From: a phage | DNA length: 64,000 bases | Strand: one strand, 5' to 3' | Assembly (NCBI GenBank): GCA_012813795.1 | Contig: GCA_012813795.1_4087.1 | In this document: piece by piece, positions 43,569-53,487 of the stretch | Numbering within the stretch: the first letter of the stretch is position 1 | Layout of the letters: every line of letters starts with the position of its first letter | The notes under the pieces: model-generated | Seen by the model: only the letters and a program-made list of their open reading frames with translations | The model's database searches: none | Told to the model about the DNA's origin: nothing | Program-made: the position numbers and the translations under genes

Positions 43569-44701
43569 ACATTATTTTCCTTCATATAAAGACCAACAAC
43601 AATCGACAGTACAATGAGAATCAAAGATGCAGCAATCATAACATCTTTTCGTGGTTCCATTTTAACTGCCATGTATTCAAACTCTTTATTAGACAGACGT
43701 TCAAACTTAGTCTGTATATTATGAACCTGAACTTTAAGTAAGTCAAGTGTTAATACTTCATTTAACGCATCCATTCGCATTTTAGAATGCAATTCTTCAT
43801 TATTCATACCTTTAGCGAATGACGTACTATTGAATGATTTAACGACACCATCATTACTGATACCAAAGAACATAATCACATCGTTCTTCTTGCCACCACG
43901 CCAGATTGAGGTTACTGCATCAACAAAATTCACGTCATGATAATCATATACTAGTACTTGAATGTTTACTTGCTTTTGTGCACCTAATGTTTTTAACACT
44001 TCACGTAAATATTCATCATACCCACTCACATCGTAATCAGTTTTATTAATAACGTGGTGTGTTTTATAATAATCACTAATACTTGGATATTCAGGTAAAG
44101 ATTCCAGATATTCTTTATCATACATAGAAATCAAATCTTCAGTACTGAATAATGAGTGTTTATCTGCAAATAGATAATTTATGTATGTGTTTTCTGCTGC
44201 TGCATAATCACCATTTTTCACTTCTTGCCAGCGTGGTGGAGTTTGTGTTCCTTGTCTATTGACCCTTTCAATCTCAAACTTACCAACAGTGCTTTTAACG
44301 TACCAATCAATCTCATACGGATAGTCGAATACCTTATAAGATTCACATTCACGTTGTGAGCGACCTTTAGAATCATAGGTAGTCCAGCAACGCTCATGCC
44401 AAGTATAGTGTTTACAAGAACTTGATTGTGATGTGCAGTTCTCACGTTGGCTGTATTTCTCTGTAACCTGACCATTTAGAATTTCAACATCACGAAGTTG
44501 GCTGTAGTTTATCAAGTATGATGTTCCCAATACCAACACCGCTGCAAGAAAGCAAATTCCAGTATGAATTAGCAATTCCTTTGTTGTTATGGCAGTATGG
44601 TATTTGAACTTCATGATTAGAACAACTATCAAACTTGGTATTAGAAGAATTGCTAAGTTCATTGTGTTACCTTTAATAGTTCCCGCGTTCGTTGATTGCA
44701 T
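43565..44701 (-). CDS. hypothetical membrane protein
   Basis: 378 aa with N-terminal and C-terminal TM segments and a Cys-rich middle. Confidence 0.5.
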   Translation of the reverse strand: MQSTNAGTIKGNTMNLAILLIPSLIVVLIMKFKYHTAITTKELLIHTGICFLAAVLVLGTSYLINYSQLRDVEILNGQVTEKYSQRENCTSQSSSCKHYTWHERCWTTYDSKGRSQRECESYKVFDYPYEIDWYVKSTVGKFEIERVNRQGTQTPPRWQEVKNGDYAAAENTYINYLFADKHSLFSTEDLISMYDKEYLESLPEYPSISDYYKTHHVINKTDYDVSGYDEYLREVLKTLGAQKQVNIQVLVYDYHDVNFVDAVTSIWRGGKKNDVIMFFGISNDGVVKSFNSTSFAKGMNNEELHSKMRMDALNEVLTLDLLKVQVHNIQTKFERLSNKEFEYMAVKMEPRKDVMIAASLILIVLSIVVGLYMKENNV

Positions 44702-45374
44702 TTAAGCAATATGAAACCTGGATAGCTTCACGTGCTGCATCGAATAATGGGTGGTGAAGTTCTAGACCATAAAGACCATGATCAGCAACCATCTCCACAA
44801 ACTTTTTCAATTGTACATCAACAATGGAATCCATGTCAAATTTTTCATCTTCAGTTAGGCGATTCTTAACACTTCGGGCATTCTGTGGTGCATTATATTT
44901 CCACAATTCGCCCACACCAAACATTTTACGATGGTTTGCTTGAAGAATACTACAATCGAAGTGGCAGCCATTACCCCAAATTTCAATATTGTTCTCATTT
45001 CCATTAAGATCATAACGAAGTGAATTCCACAAATCAAGTACATTTTTTGTTTTATACAAATTGTTCTGACTACCGGAAATAATCTCAGGATCTGTCAACG
45101 TGAGTGTGCTAACTACTTCTTCATATGCACCTTTATGATCATTTTGACACATATTCATCCAAAAGTTCATTGAACCTGCATCAACTTTAAGACCAGCATC
45201 AATTTGTTTTTGGAATGGTAGTTTAACATATGCATAACGTGAGATATCTTTCATTGGGTTAGTTGGAACTAAAACAATTGCGTAATTTGGAATGATAATA
45301 TCATAACCACTACGTTCTGGAGTTCCGAAAGATTCAATATCAACTGCATAGTGTGTAACTTTATCTGCCATCAT
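44673..45374 (-). CDS. DEDDh 3'-5' exonuclease (T4 DexA-like)
   Basis: Exo motifs AVDIESFG, WGNGCHFDCSIL, HHPLFDAAREA; size about that of T4 exonuclease A. Confidence 0.65.
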   Translation of the reverse strand: MMADKVTHYAVDIESFGTPERSGYDIIIPNYAIVLVPTNPMKDISRYAYVKLPFQKQIDAGLKVDAGSMNFWMNMCQNDHKGAYEEVVSTLTLTDPEIISGSQNNLYKTKNVLDLWNSLRYDLNGNENNIEIWGNGCHFDCSILQANHRKMFGVGELWKYNAPQNARSVKNRLTEDEKFDMDSIVDVQLKKFVEMVADHGLYGLELHHPLFDAAREAIQVSYCLNAINERGNY

Positions 45375-45439
45375 ATTATCCTTAGATAATTAATAAAATA
45401 TGTGCCCATTATACAATGGGCACATTTATATGTCAACTA

Positions 45440-46567
45440 TTACTTGTTAGCTTTGTCAGCAATTTCGCGAAGAGTTTCTTCAAGTTCGTAGGACAACTGT
45501 GCAATTTCATGTTTAGCACGTTCACGTTCTTCCTTACCTTTCTTCTCTTCAATCAGTACTGCTTCGATGCTATCAATCATTGTTTTGTGTACGTTACGCA
45601 ATGTTTTAATATCCACAATACCACGGTTATTAGCTTTAGCAGCATCTAACATATTAGTTGCTACCATTTTGGAGTTCACTTCAAGTAAACGGTTAGTTTC
45701 ATTATCAATCAAATTACCCAACTCGTTATCTTTGCGTTGGCGTTCAGAAATCAATTGTTCTGCTAGTTGTGATTTCCATGCAGGGATGACAACAGATTTC
45801 AGATCTTCAAATTTAGATACAGTGTTTAGATTCACTTTCTTCATACTCATCAGACGAGGGCCACTAAGCTCACACATCATGATAAGACGGCGAATCTTAT
45901 CTTCCTGTTTAGACAATGCTTCACAAATCATCTTCTGCTCTTGGATTGCGAAAGAATCCACATCAGGGTTCGCTTGCATTTCTTCCAGTTTAGCATCTTG
46001 AGTTTTTGTGACTTGTTCCAATTCAACCAGCGTATCGCGTAATTCAAATAGATAGGCTTTATTCTCATTGTAAGCAGTATCCAACCACTCACATTCACTA
46101 TGTTGGCGATTGATACCAACCTGGAGTGTGTTCATGATTTCATCAATCTGCTCTTTACTATTCTTGTACTGATCACCAACTTTCTGTTTTGCATTGACAA
46201 AGAGTTTTTTGACCCAACCTACAATTGATTTATCATCTTGTAGACTGTCAATATCAACAGCACGGGTTAGGGATAAAATTGTGGTAATTGATTTACCAAA
46301 TTCAGTATTGTCATCAGTGACGTTCACTTTTGACATGATTTCATCAGCCAAACGTCCTACACCTGCACCAGCAGTTGTTCCAATGGTGTTAATGTTCTGA
46401 ACAGTTAAAGACATAGTGTTACCTTTTGTATCTTTCAGTACAGGTAACGTTTTAGCCTGTTGGTCGAAAATATCACTCGCATCAAAAGTATTACCTTTGG
46501 TTTTGGTTGTAGTACGCTTAGTAGTTTTGGTAGTTGCTTTTTTTGGGTTGATTTCTTTCTCGGACAT
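45440..46567 (-). CDS. hypothetical coiled-coil protein
   Basis: 375-aa ORF; Thr/Lys-rich N-terminus. Confidence 0.5.
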   Translation of the reverse strand: MSEKEINPKKATTKTTKRTTTKTKGNTFDASDIFDQQAKTLPVLKDTKGNTMSLTVQNINTIGTTAGAGVGRLADEIMSKVNVTDDNTEFGKSITTILSLTRAVDIDSLQDDKSIVGWVKKLFVNAKQKVGDQYKNSKEQIDEIMNTLQVGINRQHSECEWLDTAYNENKAYLFELRDTLVELEQVTKTQDAKLEEMQANPDVDSFAIQEQKMICEALSKQEDKIRRLIMMCELSGPRLMSMKKVNLNTVSKFEDLKSVVIPAWKSQLAEQLISERQRKDNELGNLIDNETNRLLEVNSKMVATNMLDAAKANNRGIVDIKTLRNVHKTMIDSIEAVLIEEKKGKEERERAKHEIAQLSYELEETLREIADKANK

Positions 46568-46615
46568 TAGGTTAATTCCTCATTTAATTTAAGATAGTGT
46601 TGCTCTGTGATAAAC

Positions 46616-46644
46616 ATTATACGAGCAACACACATTCATGTCAA
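46616..46644 (-). promoter_or_regulatory. sigma70-type early promoter
   Basis: TTGACATGAATGTGTGTTGCTCGTATAAT then GTTTATCA on minus strand. Confidence 0.55.
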
Positions 46645-46653
46645 CAACTATTT

Positions 46654-47775
46654 TTACTCTTTATCACCGTAAGCTAAGTTGCGAATGATAGCTGCGGTAT
46701 CAGCGTCTACTGCTTTTCCAACTTGTGTCTGTAATCGATTGATAATCAACGGAATAGTAATAGTTTGGATATCTACCATTCTATTCATGTCAATCTGATA
46801 CTGTTTACTCACATTAACTATACTAGCTTCAGTCATTGCGGCGGTAATGCTCATTTTCATGATACGTTCAAGAGTCAGTTCATATTCAAATGCATCATCC
46901 AAACGACGAATAGCATACTCACACCCAATTTTTCCGTATTCTAATTCATCTTTAATATCACGAACTTCAGTTCGAATTTCATTAAACAATGAAGTTAAAC
47001 CACTAAACTTATTCGTATCATATTTCACTGCATCATTCAATGCTTTCATTACTTTCGGTAAATCGGCCTGTTGAACCTTTATATCCGCTTTACCAAACAG
47101 TTTTTGTGTAAATGTTGGTTTCAATGGGAATAACGATTCAAGTGCAGTGGTTAAGTTATTCATTAATGTTCTAACATAATCACTATGCTTATGTAATGCA
47201 TCATTAAGATCCAATTGACGCTCTGAAATTTTTTGAATCTTCACACCAACTTCCTGTGCACATACTGGTAAGTTTACGAACCAATCCAGTACTTTTACAG
47301 AATCCTTTTTAATAGTTTCAGGAAATTCCATCCATTGTTCGATATCCGCAATGCGTTCATCTTCTGGATCAATTGGTGTTTTAGTCAGAACAATTGGTGC
47401 TGGCACTTCAACCACTGCAAGTTCTGGACGTGGTTTAAGACGACCTTCTTTCCATGCTTCGTATTCACGCTCAAGTGGAGGTACTGGCAAATCACGAATC
47501 TGAATATTTTTAAAATGAATTTCATCTTTCATGAGATCTAACATATTCAAACGTGTGTTTGAATAGTAAATTTTTGATAGTTCTAAATTACGAACATCAA
47601 ATTCGGGATTTCCCATTGAATCATAAGTACGTTTTACGATTACATTATAAAAGTACTTTTTATTGTCGCGACGATCATACTTTTTCAGTAATGAATTCAA
47701 CACAAACTGGTAATCAAACTCTTGGATTTCAATTTCTTGTTTGTTCTCAATGAAAAAATATTTTCCTTTCATCAT
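46654..47775 (-). CDS. hypothetical protein
   Basis: 373-aa ORF. Confidence 0.5.
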   Translation of the reverse strand: MMKGKYFFIENKQEIEIQEFDYQFVLNSLLKKYDRRDNKKYFYNVIVKRTYDSMGNPEFDVRNLELSKIYYSNTRLNMLDLMKDEIHFKNIQIRDLPVPPLEREYEAWKEGRLKPRPELAVVEVPAPIVLTKTPIDPEDERIADIEQWMEFPETIKKDSVKVLDWFVNLPVCAQEVGVKIQKISERQLDLNDALHKHSDYVRTLMNNLTTALESLFPLKPTFTQKLFGKADIKVQQADLPKVMKALNDAVKYDTNKFSGLTSLFNEIRTEVRDIKDELEYGKIGCEYAIRRLDDAFEYELTLERIMKMSITAAMTEASIVNVSKQYQIDMNRMVDIQTITIPLIINRLQTQVGKAVDADTAAIIRNLAYGDKE

Positions 47776-47866
47776 CAGCCTCTTTTTAATTAATAGTAAA
47801 TCAATAATGCTATTCTATCTAACTTGATTAGTATTGTCAACACCTAAATGAAAAAAAGGACGCACC

Positions 47867-48685
47867 TTAGCACGTCCCTTTGTTGTTCTTCTCTCTGTAC
47901 CAGTTGAAACCCTTAACTGGTGGGTACTTCTCATCTTTAGGTGGCTCCGGCATATCATACACCGTTGCATTCCTAAATTTTAAAATGTAAACTTCCATAA
48001 GACGTATGATAGCATAGTTTAAACATTTCTGTGCTCTTTCTTTCCAAAAATGTTTATATGGTTCTGGACAGTTTAGATAGTCCAGTTTATACATACCCAT
48101 TGCTGCTTGTACAAATCTCTGTGCTGAAAATTTACGTTTGTCAACCTTACTGGCTCTGTACTGATCAGATGTCCAGCTTTGTACCCCAGGTAAATGACAA
48201 AACAAATCAAACTCTACCATAGAACTAAAATATTCATTATGACCGTGTAGTTCACCATAGAACAATGCCTCATTGACAGTCTCATATAATGAAAAATTCA
48301 TATGTATATGTTCATTATCAAAGATGTTCTTTAGTTCTTTGTACGTCTCTGGTACTGGTGGTTCAGGTAACAACTCACCAAATGTCTCAATGCACCAGAT
48401 TTTCCACAATCCTTTTGTGAATTGTACTTCACGTTCTCTATCACTGTCAATATAAAATGTTTTTTCATTAATGAAAACCTTTCGTGCCATATATGCTTTA
48501 AAGATTGCATCGGGATCGATATCATCACGTTTAATGTCATCCCATCCCTTACCAATCCTTGAAATCTCAAATCTACGCATATACATTCTACAAGCTAAAT
48601 CTTTTGTAGTACTGCGACGATACTTTTCATCCTGAACCAATTTAGTACTTTCATGTAGAGATTTCAACATATTTAAAATTCTCAT
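47867..48685 (-). CDS. hypothetical protein
   Basis: 272-aa ORF. Confidence 0.5.
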   Translation of the reverse strand: MRILNMLKSLHESTKLVQDEKYRRSTTKDLACRMYMRRFEISRIGKGWDDIKRDDIDPDAIFKAYMARKVFINEKTFYIDSDREREVQFTKGLWKIWCIETFGELLPEPPVPETYKELKNIFDNEHIHMNFSLYETVNEALFYGELHGHNEYFSSMVEFDLFCHLPGVQSWTSDQYRASKVDKRKFSAQRFVQAAMGMYKLDYLNCPEPYKHFWKERAQKCLNYAIIRLMEVYILKFRNATVYDMPEPPKDEKYPPVKGFNWYREKNNKGTC

Positions 48686-49362
48686 CTTAGCACCAGATAC
48701 TTCCCATCTCTACCAACTATATACTGATTACCACTACGTAGTACTGTATAGTTTTCACCTAATATAGAACTAAGTCTTGATGTATCTAATTTGGTTTCAG
48801 TTTTCAGCATAGATTTGATGTATTCCTCAGATGCAAAACCACTACCAGTGCTATAACATAAATCACCATACACGGTTTGTAGTTTTAGGTTATTACCCTC
48901 TTTGAGTACAGTTATACCAGCATAATCCAAAAACTCGCTTAGTGCATCTGGAGTTCCTAATTCTACACGTTGTTGAACTTCATCAAAGTCTACATCAATT
49001 GGATCATTAACACCATAAAGCTGAATTTTCCATCCAGGATTTGGACAAATGTTTTCAATAGTCTTAATTAGAGTTAGTAATTTTTCTGGAAACTCTGCAT
49101 TACGTTCCATTTCAACAAATACTTGATATCTACCATCTAGGTTAGGTGTTTCAGCAGCTTCAGTATCTACCGCAGTGATTGGTGATTTCTCAATGAAAGA
49201 GGACAAATCATATGCAGCATCAAAATTATTCAATACCTGAAACATAACAACGATATTACCATCTTCAATCTTGGGTGTATATTCATCAACACTGATAATA
49301 GGGTAAATCAGATCTTTAAGTACTTCAGGACGTAATCCCTGTTCATTTAATTGTTTAGACAT
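48682..49362 (-). CDS. hypothetical acidic protein
   Basis: 226-aa ORF; sliding-clamp-like size but no sequence support. Confidence 0.5.
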   Translation of the reverse strand: MSKQLNEQGLRPEVLKDLIYPIISVDEYTPKIEDGNIVVMFQVLNNFDAAYDLSSFIEKSPITAVDTEAAETPNLDGRYQVFVEMERNAEFPEKLLTLIKTIENICPNPGWKIQLYGVNDPIDVDFDEVQQRVELGTPDALSEFLDYAGITVLKEGNNLKLQTVYGDLCYSTGSGFASEEYIKSMLKTETKLDTSRLSSILGENYTVLRSGNQYIVGRDGKYLVLR

Positions 49363-50066
49363 TACATTCCTCCTTTTTGTTCATCAGGTGCACCAAATTC
49401 TGCATCTAATTCTTGAACATCCTGCTCATCTTCCATACTCATATCAGGTGTATTTTGATCTAAGTTCATTGGATTACTATTAAATTCAGATGCCATTAGT
49501 TTGTATTCATCAAAGCTTTCTGGATTAATTAGATTTCGAGGTATTTGAAAACGAACTAGTAGTACTGGTACTCTTTCGGTTCTTGGTACATTCACTGATC
49601 CATGTTGAGTTGCTTGTGTTTTCATATCATTACGACTACGAGGCTTCGCAATTGGTCGTATTTCGTAATCAGCTTTAACTTGAACTTTAGTGCCGTGTTT
49701 TTCTAAAACTGTGAATGCTGTTGGATCTGGAAAGTTTTCTCTATAATATTTGAATGTAACAGTACACCAGTACTTAGTAACATTTGGTCCCTCAACTAGT
49801 TCACCTTCAATTACACCAGTATAGGCATATAAATCATTGTCATCAAAATATTTTTCAACCGCCAGAAGAATGTCTAATATTCCAGAATTATCATATAATT
49901 GCTGGATAGCATTGTCTGTTGTATTCATATCTTCCATGTTTTTTATTCCCTTAAAAACTTGAACATTTATATTATTTACTACTTTGAAAACAATGAAAGG
50001 GGAATCAAGTTCCCCTATTGTTATTTTTTCATTAGTTCGTAAATTTTTAGACGAAGTTCGCTCCAA
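49362..50066 (-). CDS. hypothetical protein with acidic C-terminal tail
   Basis: 234 aa ending DEQDVQELDAEFGAPDEQ. Confidence 0.5.
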   Translation of the reverse strand: MERTSSKNLRTNEKITIGELDSPFIVFKVVNNINVQVFKGIKNMEDMNTTDNAIQQLYDNSGILDILLAVEKYFDDNDLYAYTGVIEGELVEGPNVTKYWCTVTFKYYRENFPDPTAFTVLEKHGTKVQVKADYEIRPIAKPRSRNDMKTQATQHGSVNVPRTERVPVLLVRFQIPRNLINPESFDEYKLMASEFNSNPMNLDQNTPDMSMEDEQDVQELDAEFGAPDEQKGGM

Positions 50067-50659
50067 TTATTAACATAATCAAAGCCGTTGTTATGCTTGT
50101 ATTCATGGTTATGACACGCACACATCATAACAGCAGGTATATCCAACTCTATAGCCGTTTCTATATTTTTAATATAATCGTCAATCAAAAATTTAACGTC
50201 ATATTGAGCTTTTAATTTCATTAGTGCTGATTTTTTGGATTCATACATTTCAATGATAATGATATCATCAAAAATACCCTCACCAAAGACATTAATGAGA
50301 TTCACATTACGGAGAACTTCTCCGTGTCCGAATGTACCCGATTTAGTCAGTACTACAAATTTATCATATGGGAACTTATCACGTAATTCTTGCATAATTC
50401 CAACCGTGTTATGTTCTACTGGGTCAAGTAGACCAAACTCATAAGAACGATGGTTGAAGTGTTTTAGAATCTCTTGCACTTCAGGTTGAGTAATTCCACC
50501 CAACCACTGACACAAATCATATTTTTCTGGATATGGTGTTTCTGGATGAATATCATAATGTTCTTTAACAAAATTATATAGACCACCAATGTGGTCCAAT
50601 AGCACTTCATCACAATCCCATACTACACAACGTTGTTTCATTACATATTTCCTGAACAA
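50021..50659 (-). CDS. HAD-superfamily hydrolase, likely 5'(3')-deoxyribonucleotidase-like
   Basis: VVWDCDEVLLD has the DxDx(V/T) phospho-acceptor motif. Confidence 0.55.
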   Translation of the reverse strand: MFRKYVMKQRCVVWDCDEVLLDHIGGLYNFVKEHYDIHPETPYPEKYDLCQWLGGITQPEVQEILKHFNHRSYEFGLLDPVEHNTVGIMQELRDKFPYDKFVVLTKSGTFGHGEVLRNVNLINVFGEGIFDDIIIIEMYESKKSALMKLKAQYDVKFLIDDYIKNIETAIELDIPAVMMCACHNHEYKHNNGFDYVNNWSELRLKIYELMKK

Positions 50660-51594
50660 ATCAAGTCAATTTCACATAGTAATGCACTCAGGTTCATCTC
50701 ACGATCAGAAACTGTTGATTGTTTGACAACTGCATCACGGATTTTAACCTTGATTTTCATTAGTGTGATTTCATCAGTACTGAACATTTCTGCATTACGA
50801 TACAGATACGAGAAAAACGCATCCATTTCGTCATCAGGGATATTTTGAACAATCTGCTCACGCATCTGACGAATGTTTCCCGCCTTTAATGCATCAACGA
50901 TTGCCGTGCGATACCCAGCAGAATTCTCAATACTGTCTTCTAGTTTTACTAGTTTACCATCAACTACTGAACTCTGCAATACGTTTAATGTTTTGCGGAA
51001 GTCAGGGTACGATGCATTGATGTATTGCTGCACTTGATCAATACTTTCTTCTGATGATAAATCTACACCCTCAGCTAACAGTACGTTGATGATACGGGTC
51101 ATAAACTGTTCCATATCATGCTTCTCGATTGTAATTACTTGCACACGAGAAATAATAGGTTTCAAAATTTTATGTGGCTCATTACTGGTTAGAATAAAAC
51201 GAGCATTCTCGTGATAATCTTCCATGACACGCTTCAGGCTACCTTGTGCTTTGTGGTTCATCTGTTCCATTTCTTCCAGAACAAATACACGATAACGTCC
51301 AAAACATGATAGTTTTGCGGCAGCGTCAATCTTATCACGCACAGCATCAATACCCTCATCTGACATGTTTAGAGTTGTTACATCACTTGGGTCCAGGTGA
51401 CCATTAGCTTCAAGTCCATTTAGTAGTACTTTAATCGCTGAAGTTTTTCCTGTACCAGCGGGACCAAAGAATCCAATATGTGGAATATTGCCAGTACAAA
51501 TCCATTCTTCCATCTTTTTACGAAGAGCATCATTTTTGAAAACGTAATCTTCTAGGGTTTGTGGGCGATATTTTTCAGTCCATAGTGTAGTCAT
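50641..51594 (-). CDS. gp44: clamp loader ATPase subunit (T4 gp44-like, RFC family)
   Basis: N-terminal EKYRP, Walker A GPAGTGKTS, SYPDFRKT motif; 317 aa vs T4 gp44 about 319. Confidence 0.8.
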   Translation of the reverse strand: MTTLWTEKYRPQTLEDYVFKNDALRKKMEEWICTGNIPHIGFFGPAGTGKTSAIKVLLNGLEANGHLDPSDVTTLNMSDEGIDAVRDKIDAAAKLSCFGRYRVFVLEEMEQMNHKAQGSLKRVMEDYHENARFILTSNEPHKILKPIISRVQVITIEKHDMEQFMTRIINVLLAEGVDLSSEESIDQVQQYINASYPDFRKTLNVLQSSVVDGKLVKLEDSIENSAGYRTAIVDALKAGNIRQMREQIVQNIPDDEMDAFFSYLYRNAEMFSTDEITLMKIKVKIRDAVVKQSTVSDREMNLSALLCEIDLICSGNM

Positions 51595-51613
51595 TTATTA
51601 TTCCTCATGTAAA

Positions 51614-51883
51614 TTAGTGAGTCCAATCTGATAGATGGTATAGTAGTGCGGTGAATAGGTCTTCTGTCATCTCCAACTGATTAAAGAGATAGTCAAAAGA
51701 ATTTACTTTATTGTCAATGCCCCTGGCTTTTGCATTCGCAGCAACCACAAGTAAGTGCTTAAATACATCGTGAGATACTTCATAAACATATTTGGTATTC
51801 TTCCTATCTTCAAACAAAAATCTATTATTCTTTGAAACAAGTTGAACATCCGAAAAGCTAAACTTATCATTATCTGTAATCAT
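51614..51883 (-). CDS. hypothetical protein
   Basis: 89-aa ORF. Confidence 0.45.
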   Translation of the reverse strand: MITDNDKFSFSDVQLVSKNNRFLFEDRKNTKYVYEVSHDVFKHLLVVAANAKARGIDNKVNSFDYLFNQLEMTEDLFTALLYHLSDWTH

Positions 51884-51937
51884 ATTATATAACCAAATAA
51901 AAAGCCCAGAATATATATTCCGAGCTTACTTTTATAA

Positions 51938-52261
51938 TTAACGTCCAAATGTTTGTACTGAAGTACGTGGGTCTTCATCGGAAACCAAAGATACTGCGGC
52001 TGGGTAATCAACTAAGTTTAATTGAACACCATCAACCTCAATAGTTCTGGACCAGCGACCGTGGTCAATAAGAATCCATTGACCTTCTTTGATATCAGTT
52101 ATATCTTCACCAACTGAATAAACTTTAGCCCAACGACAACGAATACCACGAATTTTACCGTCATCATTTGTTAAAACAATTCCACCAGCAGTTTTTCGTT
52201 CGCCATGTTCTAAATCAGTAACCAGTACTTTTCCCTTACATGCTGTCATAACTTTAGACAT
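51938..52261 (-). CDS. GroES/Cpn10-like co-chaperonin
   Basis: KTAGGIVLT mobile-loop motif and VGEDITDIKEGQWILI resemble GroES; 107 aa. Confidence 0.6.
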   Translation of the reverse strand: MSKVMTACKGKVLVTDLEHGERKTAGGIVLTNDDGKIRGIRCRWAKVYSVGEDITDIKEGQWILIDHGRWSRTIEVDGVQLNLVDYPAAVSLVSDEDPRTSVQTFGR

Positions 52262-52266
52262 TTGTA

Positions 52267-52629
52267 TTACTCCTGATCTTTAGTTTTTGCTCTGCGTGGT
52301 GCTTTCTTCTCTTCAGGTGAAACTGAAGGATCAACTGTTTCTTCGTTTTGTACAACGACATGCTCAACTTCAAAGCTTGCATCATCCCAACCATCATCAG
52401 AATAATCAGTGCTTTGTGCCTGATGTTCTGGAATATAGTCAGGAATTTGCATTTCACGTTCTTTCTCTTGAAGTAGTTCTTCACGAGTTTTAATTACAGT
52501 TCCACCAGAACCAATTTTATCACCACGAGCATTTAGTTTAGCATTACCCAATGCAACCTGATGTTGGTTCTGATATTTTAGCATATCCATATCAATGATA
52601 GTGCCACGATAAGTAGTATGTTTTGACAT
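52267..52629 (-). CDS. hypothetical protein
   Basis: 120-aa ORF with acidic C-terminal half. Confidence 0.5.
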   Translation of the reverse strand: MSKHTTYRGTIIDMDMLKYQNQHQVALGNAKLNARGDKIGSGGTVIKTREELLQEKEREMQIPDYIPEHQAQSTDYSDDGWDDASFEVEHVVVQNEETVDPSVSPEEKKAPRRAKTKDQE

Positions 52630-52688
52630 ATAAAAATCCCTTTTCTAAGTGCTATAACGTCACAACAACCATTATATCACATGTTTCG

Positions 52689-53231
52689 TTACCATTTCAG
52701 AAATTCGTTCACATCGAGATCATACTTCAATGAGTCAACCATATGCAAACCAATCAGAAACAGACAATATGAGGCTACAGAACTACCACGCCCTAAGCCC
52801 CAGAAGATGTTGTGCTCTTCCATATAATCTACCAACCATATCATACAACGCAATAGCTTTGTCATATTATATTGTTCGTATAAATCAATTTCGTATTCCA
52901 CACGCTGTTTTGCTTCAGGTGTGGAACACTTTTGTAAAAAGAATTCTCTTAGATTGATATTGTCATACATTGGATCATAACGCCATAACTCATGATTACT
53001 ATCATGGTCAATTGTATAATCCAACATACGTTGCTCTAGTCCAAATTTTTTACAGTTATCGTTAAACTTCAAACGCTCTTGTTCATCTATATCTTGTAAT
53101 TGTAAGTACTGAATATCTGAACCACAATTCATAGCATAAACTACAGCATTTAAATTACATTTAACATCACCATTGGGACTTATATATCTGTTTCCTTGAA
53201 CTTTCATTTGTCTTTTTACTATCCTCTTCAT
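52689..53231 (-). CDS. hypothetical protein
   Basis: 180-aa ORF; 65-nt overlap with upstream ORF, so the start may be an internal Met. Confidence 0.45.
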   Translation of the reverse strand: MKRIVKRQMKVQGNRYISPNGDVKCNLNAVVYAMNCGSDIQYLQLQDIDEQERLKFNDNCKKFGLEQRMLDYTIDHDSNHELWRYDPMYDNINLREFFLQKCSTPEAKQRVEYEIDLYEQYNMTKLLRCMIWLVDYMEEHNIFWGLGRGSSVASYCLFLIGLHMVDSLKYDLDVNEFLKW

Positions 53232-53475
53232 CTGATAGATAAGAATTCATATCAAAAATACATGGATCAGCTTCCTCGTATGTATCTTTCTCTTTTCTAC
53301 CTTGTCGTAAAGTCATTTCTTCATAGCACTGATTCAGTACTATCTGCATGTTACCAATGATAGAATCACTCATACCAGCGGCACGAGCGGAACTAATACG
53401 TAAACTTTGATCATTAATCTTTTGTTGGAGTTCTTTATCACTCATACCAGAAGGGTCATAAAATGGATTAAACAT
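53167..53475 (-). CDS. hypothetical protein
   Basis: 102-aa ORF. Confidence 0.45.
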   Translation of the reverse strand: MFNPFYDPSGMSDKELQQKINDQSLRISSARAAGMSDSIIGNMQIVLNQCYEEMTLRQGRKEKDTYEEADPCIFDMNSYLSDEEDSKKTNESSRKQIYKSQW

Positions 53476-53487
53476 ATTTTTCTCCTA

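Noticed and set aside
48682-49362. Calling the 226-aa protein the gp45 sliding clamp
   Set aside because: Size fits but no sequence similarity I can recognise; left as hypothetical.
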